Below are positions 1 to 6,957 of a stretch of 36,905 nucleotides of DNA, in pieces. The notes below the pieces were generated by a model that saw only the letters and a list, made by a program, of their open reading frames with translations, did no database searches and was not told the origin of the DNA. Position 1 is the first letter of the stretch; the number at the start of each line of letters is the position of its first letter. The translations under genes and the position numbers were made by a program. Where the stretch lies: positions 1 to 36,905 of IMG/VR virus record IMGVR_UViG_3300043756_000029, one strand, 5' to 3'. This DNA is from a virus. Taxonomy: Duplodnaviria > Caudoviricetes.

Positions 1-53
1 GCCCCACCCCGCCCCCCCCCCACATCCGCCTCCCCGCCGCGCCCCCCCCCGGC

Positions 54-473
54 CTAGCGGCCGCCCCCTTTCTTCGCGCGTTTCGCGGCGTGTGCACGCA
101 AGCCGGCGACGTTCGGTTTCAGGCCCAGTTTCTGCCGCCGGGCCGCTTCGCGGCGCGCGCTGAGGCGGCGATTCTTCGCCGTCAGCGCGTCGTGCTGGCG
201 CGCGATTACGGTCATCACTTCCGGCGGGAAGTACTCGCGGAACGACCGATCGCGCGCGATGAATTCAACGAACAGATGATCGCGACCTTCATGGCGCACC
301 GTGCGAAGAATGAACTTCCGCGTGCCGCCGACGCCCAGGGTCGGCACGACGAAGACGATCGCCGGGTCGGTCGACGTCGACACGCCGTCCAACACGCCGG
401 TCATCCGGTCGAACTCGTCAGGCATGGCGGCCGACGGGGCCGCCATGCTGGTGTCGCTGTTGTGGCTGGTCAT
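54..473 (-). CDS. Hypothetical protein (139 aa), basic C-terminus
   Basis: ATG at 473 overlaps the TGA of the upstream gene (TGATG coupling); plausible beta-rich globular core; ends at TAG 54-56. Confidence 0.7.
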   Translation of the reverse strand: MTSHNSDTSMAAPSAAMPDEFDRMTGVLDGVSTSTDPAIVFVVPTLGVGGTRKFILRTVRHEGRDHLFVEFIARDRSFREYFPPEVMTVIARQHDALTAKNRRLSARREAARRQKLGLKPNVAGLRAHAAKRAKKGGGR

Positions 474-1153
474 CAGTGGCCCCCTTCCAGCACGAAGCCG
501 CTGTTCGCCGGGATCGTGACCTGCCCCGGCTTCAGCGTGACGCGGCGGCCGACCAGTTCGCCGACGGGCCGGTCGACTTTCGCGAACCAGCCCACGCGCG
601 TCGTGTTGCTGCTGGGCACCGTGAACCGCACCCGCAGCCGCTTCGCGGTTTCCCGAATCAGCTGCCCCTGATACACCGACCCGTTGAACATGACGACGAC
701 GCGGCGCGCGTCGGTGGGGGCCGCTTCGGTCGGGGCCGGCTTGGCCGGTTCGGTCGCCGGCACCGGGTAGAACCCGCTGTCGCCCATGCAGTCGCGGCAC
801 AGCGTCTGCCGGGGGTGCTCCTGATAGAACCGCTGGCCGTCGATCGCGCAGGTGACAGTCGGCAGGCGCTTCCAGTCGGCGGGGGCGCGCAGCTGCCGCG
901 CGCGTTCAATCGCGAAGCGTTCGCGGTCGCTGAACTGGGGCGTCGTGGTCACGCTGGCGGTCAGCAGCTGGCAGGTGCGCGCGTGCGTCACGCGCGTCGT
1001 TTCGTAGCCGTCGATCAGCTGGCCGCACGCGGGACAGAACCCGAACTGATCGGCGTAGCGGTTCAGCGCCAAGTACGCGCGCAGGTCGTCGCCGGTCAGC
1101 ATCAGTTCGCGCGCGCGGGTGTCGTAGCGGTCGGTCGTGGTCGTGGTCGTCAT
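473..1153 (-). CDS. Hypothetical protein with two Cys/His clusters (CPAC..HARTC, CAID..CRDC) and a C-terminal beta-barrel-like domain
   Basis: Start moved to ATG 1153 (MTTTTTTDRY), preceded by purine-rich GAAAGACAGGGA and a promoter at ~1227-1235. Confidence 0.7.
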   Translation of the reverse strand: MTTTTTTDRYDTRARELMLTGDDLRAYLALNRYADQFGFCPACGQLIDGYETTRVTHARTCQLLTASVTTTPQFSDRERFAIERARQLRAPADWKRLPTVTCAIDGQRFYQEHPRQTLCRDCMGDSGFYPVPATEPAKPAPTEAAPTDARRVVVMFNGSVYQGQLIRETAKRLRVRFTVPSSNTTRVGWFAKVDRPVGELVGRRVTLKPGQVTIPANSGFVLEGGH

Positions 1154-1226
1154 GTCGTCCCTGTCTTTCAGGTGCCGCGCCGCGTTCGTGCGTCGCGTGC
1201 CGCCGTTTTCTTCGGCGGTCACGTTC

Positions 1227-1245
1227 ATTATACCACAGTTATACC
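1227..1245 (-). promoter_or_regulatory. Extended -10 promoter (TGGTATAAT) with an overlapping GGTATAA direct repeat
   Basis: Minus strand reads GGTATAA-CTGT-GGTATAAT; TATAAT at 1227-1232 with TGn upstream; no good -35. Confidence 0.6.
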
Positions 1246-1249
1246 TTGG

Positions 1250-1290
1250 AAAATTGCCGGTAACCTATTGGCAGCACGTAGGTTACCGGC
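1250..1290 (-). terminator. Probable intrinsic terminator of the 2228-1315 bicistron
   Basis: Perfect 12-bp inverted repeat GCCGGTAACCTA (1256-1267) / TAGGTTACCGGC (1279-1290), followed on the minus strand by AATTTT. Confidence 0.6.
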
Positions 1291-1314
1291 GCTGAAAGGA
1301 GCCGGGAACGACGG

Positions 1315-1725
1315 CTAGCGTGTTTTGGCGGGCTGGGCGATCGAATATTCCTTAGCCGTGCGCACATAGCCGTCGGCCGTCTTTTTTAAGTAGCCGCGAC
1401 GCACCAGCGATCCCAGGTTGCGCGACCGCATCGGGCGCGGTTCGGTCGCGCTGAACTTGCGCAGAAACGCCGCCGACTTCACACGTTTGTCGTGGACGGT
1501 CATGCGGCGCTGGTCGCGCGGCCGGCCGTTCGTGCGGCGCGCAGCGTCGATCTGGATCGCCTGATCGATCACGCGCTGGGCGCGGGCGCGCTTCACGGTC
1601 GCGGCCTGCCCGTGCAGCAGCCGCAGCGTCAGCCGGATCGCGGCGGCCGCCTCTTCGTGCGCGCGCAACAGGCGCAGCAGCTGCGCGGGGCCGCTTAATC
1701 GTTCGCTATCGTCGTCGCGTTTCAT
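1315..1725 (-). CDS. Hypothetical protein: N-terminal amphipathic helix, C-terminal winged-helix-like motif
   Basis: ATGA overlap with the upstream gene; C-terminal 'NLGSLVRRGYLKKTADGYVRT' resembles a wHTH recognition helix plus wing. Confidence 0.6.
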   Translation of the reverse strand: MKRDDDSERLSGPAQLLRLLRAHEEAAAAIRLTLRLLHGQAATVKRARAQRVIDQAIQIDAARRTNGRPRDQRRMTVHDKRVKSAAFLRKFSATEPRPMRSRNLGSLVRRGYLKKTADGYVRTAKEYSIAQPAKTR

Positions 1726-2228
1726 AGTGATCCCTGTCGGCGCTGGTAGCGGTCGACGCGCAGACGATGCGCCTGATCCCGTCGTGCGCGCGTGCGGCTT
1801 TTCTTCGCGCGACGTTCGGCCCGTTCGGCTTGCATGTCGCGCGACTTCGTTTTCAGGGCGGCGAAGGTGACGAACGATCGGCGCTGCGTGTCGGGCCGGT
1901 GCTGGGTCGCCCAGTCTTCCAGCGGGGCCGCCCCGCCCAGCCCTTTGAGTTCGAATGCGGCCCCCAGCACGGCCAGCGCGATCGCGCCCAGGCCGGGCAC
2001 GGCCAGCTGTGCGGGCGACAGGTTATGGAAGGCGTCGCCGGTCGAGGTCACCCTGAACGTTTTGAGCACCGCTGATAGGTGCTGCGCGGCGATGAAATTA
2101 AAACAGCTGACGTGTGCGAGATCCTGGCGGGTGAACTCGTCACCCCCGATCGTAAGTACGCTAGCCGTCGCCCGATCGCGCAACAGTCGAGATGCCGGTA
2201 AGCCGAGAACCTTGGCTGACCAGTCCAC
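1722..2228 (-). CDS. Protein with an RNA polymerase alpha-CTD-like (HhH) domain and a basic tail
   Basis: GTG start with SD AGGGGG; residues ~55-97 align without gaps to E. coli alphaCTD L270-L312 (LK-x7-GD-x12-PxLG-x3-L-x10-GL). Confidence 0.6.
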   Translation of the reverse strand: MDWSAKVLGLPASRLLRDRATASVLTIGGDEFTRQDLAHVSCFNFIAAQHLSAVLKTFRVTSTGDAFHNLSPAQLAVPGLGAIALAVLGAAFELKGLGGAAPLEDWATQHRPDTQRRSFVTFAALKTKSRDMQAERAERRAKKSRTRARRDQAHRLRVDRYQRRQGSL

Positions 2229-2257
2229 GTGTTCACCCCCTATTCATTTAAGGGTCG

Positions 2258-2272
2258 ATTCGTGTCACGAAT
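2258..2272. promoter_or_regulatory. 15-bp palindrome ATTCGTG-T-CACGAAT, candidate operator
   Basis: Perfect 7-bp arms in an AT-richer intergenic region between divergent genes. Confidence 0.45.
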
Positions 2273-2304
2273 TTTTCACAGGCTCATCGACACAATGTAC
2301 GGGC

Positions 2305-2333
2305 TTGTAACCCGCTGGCGGCCGGCGTAGTGT
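2305..2333 (+). promoter_or_regulatory. Sigma70-like promoter for the ORF antisense to the repressor
   Basis: TTGTAA (2305-2310) - 17 bp - TAGTGT (2328-2333). Confidence 0.55.
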
Positions 2334-2383
2334 TGCAGGTCTTTATGGTTGATTGTCGTAAACCTGACGAAAGGGCGACGACG

Positions 2384-2671
2384 ATGGCGACCGCGCGTAA
2401 ATTCCCAGACGACGCCGATGTGATCCTGCAGTGGCCGGGCCGCCCCGGTCGGGTGATCCTGCCGGCGAATAGCGATCTCGCAGCGGCGATCGACGCGCTG
2501 GTGCAGCTGCCGCCGGATGACCAGCGGGCGATCATTGCGGTGATCGATCTGGCGCGTCGCGCTTCAGGGCGTGTCGCGGCCGCAGCCCGCGCGTCACACG
2601 ACGCAGCAGTTTCAAAAAAACGTCTTTTCCCTCTGGTTCAAGGAGGGCGTACATCTCTACCCATTCCCTGA
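2384..2671 (+). CDS. Small protein convergent with and overlapping the repressor; candidate antirepressor
   Basis: Own promoter, SD-like GAAAGGG before ATG 2384; helix pair 'LAAAIDALVQLPPDDQRAIIAVIDL'; last 140 nt overlap the repressor gene. Confidence 0.5.
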   Translation: MATARKFPDDADVILQWPGRPGRVILPANSDLAAAIDALVQLPPDDQRAIIAVIDLARRASGRVAAAARASHDAAVSKKRLFPLVQGGRTSLPIP

Positions 2672-2936
2672 ATAACGGATCGTCTGCGGTGGGCAACTGC
2701 AGCAGCGCGTCGAGGCTAATGTGAAACGTGGTTGCGATGCGGAACAGCGTGGGAAAGTCGGCGTTGAATTCGCCGCGCAGGTAGCGACTGATCCAGTGCG
2801 ACGGCCGGCCGATCGCGGTCGCGAGGGTTTCCTGGGTCATGTCGATCGCGAGCAGTTTGTTTTTCACCTGCCGGCGCGCGAAGTCATGGATCGCCTGATC
2901 GTCGAGATCTGCTCGCAGCGTGCGCGCGCCGGGCAT
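2532..2936 (-). CDS. XRE/HTH_3 immunity repressor (CI-like, no S24 peptidase domain)
   Basis: HTH 'MTQETLATAIGRPSHWISRYLRGE...TLFRIATTFHISLDALL'; divergent from a Cro-like gene; only 134 aa. Confidence 0.85.
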   Translation of the reverse strand: MPGARTLRADLDDQAIHDFARRQVKNKLLAIDMTQETLATAIGRPSHWISRYLRGEFNADFPTLFRIATTFHISLDALLQLPTADDPLFREWVEMYALLEPEGKDVFLKLLRRVTRGLRPRHALKRDAPDRSPQ

Positions 2937-2945
2937 GGTGGCGTG

Positions 2946-2954
2946 ACTATACCA
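2946..2954 (-). promoter_or_regulatory. Extended -10 promoter for the repressor (near-leaderless mRNA)
   Basis: Minus strand TGGTATAGT ending 9 nt before ATG 2936; no SD in between. Confidence 0.55.
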
Positions 2955-3067
2955 GAATTCGAAAAACGTATTTTCCTATTCAGCTAACGAATTATCGCTA
3001 GCCGGCTGAGTTCACTGCACAGTGTGACAGGCGAGTGACCAAAAATCGCCAGTTAGGGCCGTTCAGC

Positions 3068-3096
3068 TTGCGACCGTCAACCGTGCAGCGTATGTT
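3068..3096 (+). promoter_or_regulatory. Early rightward promoter (PR-like)
   Basis: TTGCGA (3068-3073) - 17 bp - TATGTT (3091-3096), 8 nt before GTG 3105. Confidence 0.65.
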
Positions 3097-3104
3097 CATT
3101 CGCT

Positions 3105-3356
3105 GTGACGAAACGTCGCAAGCCGGCCCGCCGGTCCTATCCCGATCTCGCGACCTACATTGAACAGTCGGGCGACCAGCAATGGCACATCGCCGCGCGC
3201 TGCGGCACGACGCAGGCCAACATCTCGCGGATCGCGCGCGGCACGGCGCACCCGCGCCCGCTGCTGGCGCTGCGACTGGCGCAGTACTGTCGCATCCCGG
3301 TCGACAGTTTTGCCAAAGCCGTCGTCGATCGGCAGAAGACGGAGCCGGCCGCGTGA
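3105..3356 (+). CDS. Cro-like XRE HTH regulator
   Basis: 'QQWHIAARCGTTQANISRIARGTAHPRPLLALRLA' HTH_3 pattern; first gene of the rightward operon. Confidence 0.85.
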   Translation: MTKRRKPARRSYPDLATYIEQSGDQQWHIAARCGTTQANISRIARGTAHPRPLLALRLAQYCRIPVDSFAKAVVDRQKTEPAA

Positions 3357-3409
3357 CCGCGACGCGGGCGGAAATTCTCGAAGGGCTGCGCAAACTGGAA
3401 GGGGGATCC

Positions 3410-4312
3410 ATGCCCGACCCGGCGGCGACGAAAGACCTGATCCCGGCCCCCGAAAAAACACCGGTCAGGATCGGCGTCGTGCTGACGACGCCCGAAGAGA
3501 TCTGGCGCATGGCGACCATTCTCGCCAACAGCGAACTCGTGCCGAAAGCGTATCGCGGCAAAAAGGAGGATATTTTCGCCGCGATCGAATTCGGCGCGGA
3601 ACACGACATGAAGCCGATGCAGTCGCTGCAGTCGGTCGCGGTCATTGGCGGCCGGCCGGCGCTGTGGGGCGACGGCCTGCTCGCGGTCGTCGTCGCGTCG
3701 AAGGTCTACCGCGATCATCACGAATATTTTGAAGTCGACGGATCGACGCGCGAACACCTGACAGATGGCGACTTGCGCAACGAATCGACGACGGCCGTGG
3801 CGACGTTTCTGCGGCGGGGCGTCGATACGCCGAAGACCGGCCGGTTCTCGATCGCCGACGCGAAGCGCGCCGGCCTGCTGGCGAAGGAGGGGCCGTGGTC
3901 ATTGTTCCCGAAGCGCATGCTCCAGATGCGCGCGCGGGCGTTCGCGATCCGTGATTGTTTCCCCGACATCACGCGCGGGATCAAGACGGCTGAAGAATTG
4001 ATCGACATCCCGGCCGACGACGCGCCGTCGACGCCGGCCCCCTACGTCGTGCGGCGACGATCAGATGCGCCGCTGAAGACGAGCGAACTGGTCGTCGACG
4101 CCGAGATCGTCGACACGCGGGGGATCAAGAATCTGGACCCGCCGACCGGGCGCGTCCTACTCAGCGACGACACGATCGTGATCGCGCGCGCCGACACGAT
4201 CCCCGAACTGGTGAAGTATCTCGGCACCGATCAGCCGATCCGGCTGACGACCCGCCGCAGCCCTGACGACCTGCACCGCTATATCGACGGGATCGAACTA
4301 CTCGACGAGTAG
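3410..4312 (+). CDS. recT: RecT/Red-beta-family single-strand annealing protein
   Basis: Motifs 'PMQSLQSVAVIGGRPALWGD', 'AKRAGL..K.GPWSLFPKRMLQMRA...IRDCFPD..GI..AEEL'; SD GGGGG before ATG 3410 (alternative GTG 3353). Confidence 0.8.
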   Translation: MPDPAATKDLIPAPEKTPVRIGVVLTTPEEIWRMATILANSELVPKAYRGKKEDIFAAIEFGAEHDMKPMQSLQSVAVIGGRPALWGDGLLAVVVASKVYRDHHEYFEVDGSTREHLTDGDLRNESTTAVATFLRRGVDTPKTGRFSIADAKRAGLLAKEGPWSLFPKRMLQMRARAFAIRDCFPDITRGIKTAEELIDIPADDAPSTPAPYVVRRRSDAPLKTSELVVDAEIVDTRGIKNLDPPTGRVLLSDDTIVIARADTIPELVKYLGTDQPIRLTTRRSPDDLHRYIDGIELLDE

Positions 4313-4316
4313 CCCT

Positions 4317-4529
4317 ATGCCGTCGCCGTGCGCCCCGCCCGTCGCTGCCGCCCCGCGCGGTCGACGACGGGCCGACTTCACGCATTACTGCCGGTACGAC
4401 TGCGAACGCAACGGCCGCTATTCCCGCGCGATCTGCGGGCAATGGATCCCGCATCACGAACACGACAACCATCCGACCTGTTGGGAGTGTTTGCGTGCGC
4501 GCGAACAGCTGGAAGCGAACGAACCATGA
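4317..4529 (+). CDS. Small putative Zn-binding protein (H..AICG..PTCWEC)
   Basis: Cys/His spacing; tight operon packing. Confidence 0.6.
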   Translation: MPSPCAPPVAAAPRGRRRADFTHYCRYDCERNGRYSRAICGQWIPHHEHDNHPTCWECLRAREQLEANEP

Positions 4530-4717
4530 CGAACCCGAACGATCAAGTGATCCGCGACCTGTTGGCGGTCGCGCGCGATCTCAAACAGCGCGATGACGAT
4601 CGGCACATGGCCGTTTTGCATGCGATCGCGGTGGCGATCGTCGATGTGGCGCGGGCCATTCGCGAGCAGACTCTGGCCCAGCAACGCGAACCGGGCATGC
4701 TGCACTGGAAGCCATGA
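4526..4717 (+). CDS. Small helical hypothetical protein
   Basis: ATGA overlaps at both ends. Confidence 0.65.
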   Translation: MTNPNDQVIRDLLAVARDLKQRDDDRHMAVLHAIAVAIVDVARAIREQTLAQQREPGMLHWKP

Positions 4718-5376
4718 CCGGCGGCCTGACGTTCGACGCGGCGACCCACACGTACCGGAAAGACGGCCGGCCCGCGTGGCAGTCGGTCACGCAGGTGCTG
4801 AAACGCGCCGGCCTGTTCGACTGGATGGTCGCGGTACCCGAACCGCTGCTGACCCGTGCCCGGCTGCGCGGCACCGCCGTGCACGCGGCGATCCACTACT
4901 GGAACGAGAACGACTTCGATCTCGACGACTTCCGAGATCGGTACCCCGACATCGCCGGCTATGTCGACGCCTGGGTCGCGTTCTGCGCGCAGCAGCCGTT
5001 CGTGCCGGCGCTGTGCGAATACTGGATTTACAGCGCCCGGTACGATCTGGCCGGCACAATCGACTGCCTGGGCACGCTGGCCGGGCAGGCCGCGCTCGTC
5101 GACTTCGCGACCGGCGATCCGGCCGACGTCGCGAAGCACCTGCAGACCGCCGCGTACCTGCTGGTCGCGCGCGAATGGGCGACCGAGGATCCGGCCCTGG
5201 AGGCATTTTTCGCCGCGCACCCCGTCGTGCGGCGCTACGCCGTGCAGCTGCGGCCCGACGGCACGTACCGCCTGAACCCCTACAGCGACCCCGCCGACAC
5301 GCGGCACTTTCTGGCCCTGGTCGAAGCGCAGCGCATCGTCGACAGCTACCGCCGCACACAGCAGGAGGTCGCATGA
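4714..5376 (+). CDS. PD-(D/E)XK (RecB/Cas4-like) phage exonuclease with a non-canonical motif III
   Basis: 'SVTQVL', 'RGTAVH', 'AGTID', 'VDFATG', 'LQTAAY'; close to the recT-like gene. Confidence 0.8.
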   Translation: MTGGLTFDAATHTYRKDGRPAWQSVTQVLKRAGLFDWMVAVPEPLLTRARLRGTAVHAAIHYWNENDFDLDDFRDRYPDIAGYVDAWVAFCAQQPFVPALCEYWIYSARYDLAGTIDCLGTLAGQAALVDFATGDPADVAKHLQTAAYLLVAREWATEDPALEAFFAAHPVVRRYAVQLRPDGTYRLNPYSDPADTRHFLALVEAQRIVDSYRRTQQEVA

Positions 5377-6365
5377 CGGCCCGATCCGACCTGCCGGCGA
5401 AGCTGGACGCCGCCGAGCAGCGGCTGGCGACGATCAAGACCGTGGCCGATGCGAAGGCGCTGGGTCGGGACGCTGAAGCGGTGCGGGTATGGGCCAAAAA
5501 GGCCGGCAAGCTGTTGCCGCTGCAGAATCACGCGGCCCTAGTCAAAATTCTGGCCGAACGGCGGGCCGGCGAACTGCTGGCGCAGATCGAACGCAGCAAA
5601 GGCGGGCGCGGAAAAACTCGGGCCATGCTGGCCCAAGTTTACGAAGCCAACGAGATCGCGAAGCGCACGGGCACGCGCTGGCAGGTACTGGCCGGCGTGC
5701 CTGAAGCCGACATTCGGCAGCTGGAGATCGCCTGCAACGGCAGCGGCGACGAACTGACGAGCGCGATGCTGCACGCGCAATACGCGCGGGAAGCGAAGCG
5801 GCGCGCCGTGCGCGACCAGTTGGAAGACGTGGCCGCCCAGGCGGTCAAGAAACTACTGGGAACCTACGACACGATCGTGATCGACCCGCCGTGGCCGATG
5901 CAAAAGATCGAACGCGACGTGACCCCGCAGCAGGTCGAGTTCGACTACCCGGTAATGACCGAGGAACAGCTGCGCGACGTGCCGGTGCCCCAGCATTGCG
6001 CGCCCGACACGCACGTGTGGGTCTGGGCGGCGCAGCATTTTCTGCCGGTGGCGTTTCGCCTGCTGGACGCGTGGCGGCTGACCTACGTCTGCACGTTCGT
6101 GTGGCATAAGCCGGGCGGGTTCCAGCCCTGGAACCTGCCGCAGTTCAATTGCGAGTTCGCGCTGTATGCCCGGCACGGATCGCCGACGTTTCTCGACACG
6201 ACGGACTTTCTGACGTGCTTCAACGCCCCGCGCCAAGGGCACAGCGCGAAGCCGGATCACTTTTACGACGTCGTGCGGCGGGTGACCGCCGGCCGGCGGC
6301 TCGATATGTTCAACCGCCGTGCGATCCCCGGCTTCGACGGCTGGGGGCAGCAGGCGGCCGAGTGA
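5373..6365 (+). CDS. MT-A70-family N6-adenine methyltransferase with a helical N-terminal domain
   Basis: 'IVIDPPW', 'DYPVM', 'VWVW', 'FVWHK', 'EFALY', 'HSAKP', 'LDMFNR', 'WG'; SD AGGAGG. Confidence 0.9.
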   Translation: MTARSDLPAKLDAAEQRLATIKTVADAKALGRDAEAVRVWAKKAGKLLPLQNHAALVKILAERRAGELLAQIERSKGGRGKTRAMLAQVYEANEIAKRTGTRWQVLAGVPEADIRQLEIACNGSGDELTSAMLHAQYAREAKRRAVRDQLEDVAAQAVKKLLGTYDTIVIDPPWPMQKIERDVTPQQVEFDYPVMTEEQLRDVPVPQHCAPDTHVWVWAAQHFLPVAFRLLDAWRLTYVCTFVWHKPGGFQPWNLPQFNCEFALYARHGSPTFLDTTDFLTCFNAPRQGHSAKPDHFYDVVRRVTAGRRLDMFNRRAIPGFDGWGQQAAE

Positions 6366-6369
6366 TGCG

Positions 6370-6957
6370 ATGAAGACGTACGCCGAACAACGCGACTGGG
6401 CGGATCGCTATGTCGACACGTTCCGGCAGATCGTCGGGCCGTACCTGCTCTGCCCGTCGACGCTGGAACAGGATCAGCTGCAGGCGACCGATCTCGTCGT
6501 GCTGACCGGCCGCAACATGACGATCGCCTGTCGTGTGCGGGATCCAAAGTATCGCGACAGCAATGCCCACGAATTCACGATCCGGAACACCCTGCCGTCG
6601 GGTACGAAAACGGAGATGTGCAAGATCGTCGATGGCTGGGCCGACTGGATGGTGTACGGCTTCGCGACCGGGCAGGGGATCGAGATCAATCCCTGGTACC
6701 TGATCAATCTGAAACATTTTCGGATCCATTGGTTCAACCACTGGAACCAGCGCGAACTCCACGATCGGCGCGCTAAGAACCGCGACGGCACCGGCCTGCA
6801 GTGGGTCGAACAGTGGAACGACGATGGATCCAGCTTTCTCGCGTTCGAGGTTTCCAGCTTCAGCGCCGGCCCGAAACTGCTGATCGACAAAGCGCCGACC
6901 GGCTGGCCCGACTGGCTGATCAAGGAGTGGTCTGATGCCGTCGCTGCCCGTGCTTGA
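6370..6957 (+). CDS. Putative divergent restriction-endonuclease-fold protein
   Basis: 'D.L.ATDL...IACRVR...EFTIR...TE..KI..G.AD..VYGF' has PD-(D/E)XK-like topology; immediately downstream of the methyltransferase. Confidence 0.5.
   Translation: MKTYAEQRDWADRYVDTFRQIVGPYLLCPSTLEQDQLQATDLVVLTGRNMTIACRVRDPKYRDSNAHEFTIRNTLPSGTKTEMCKIVDGWADWMVYGFATGQGIEINPWYLINLKHFRIHWFNHWNQRELHDRRAKNRDGTGLQWVEQWNDDGSSFLAFEVSSFSAGPKLLIDKAPTGWPDWLIKEWSDAVAARA

Noticed and set aside
4593-5372. 260-aa N-terminal extension of the methyltransferase in the ORF track
   Set aside because: Overlaps the exonuclease in another frame; the real start is ATG 5373 with SD AGGAGG
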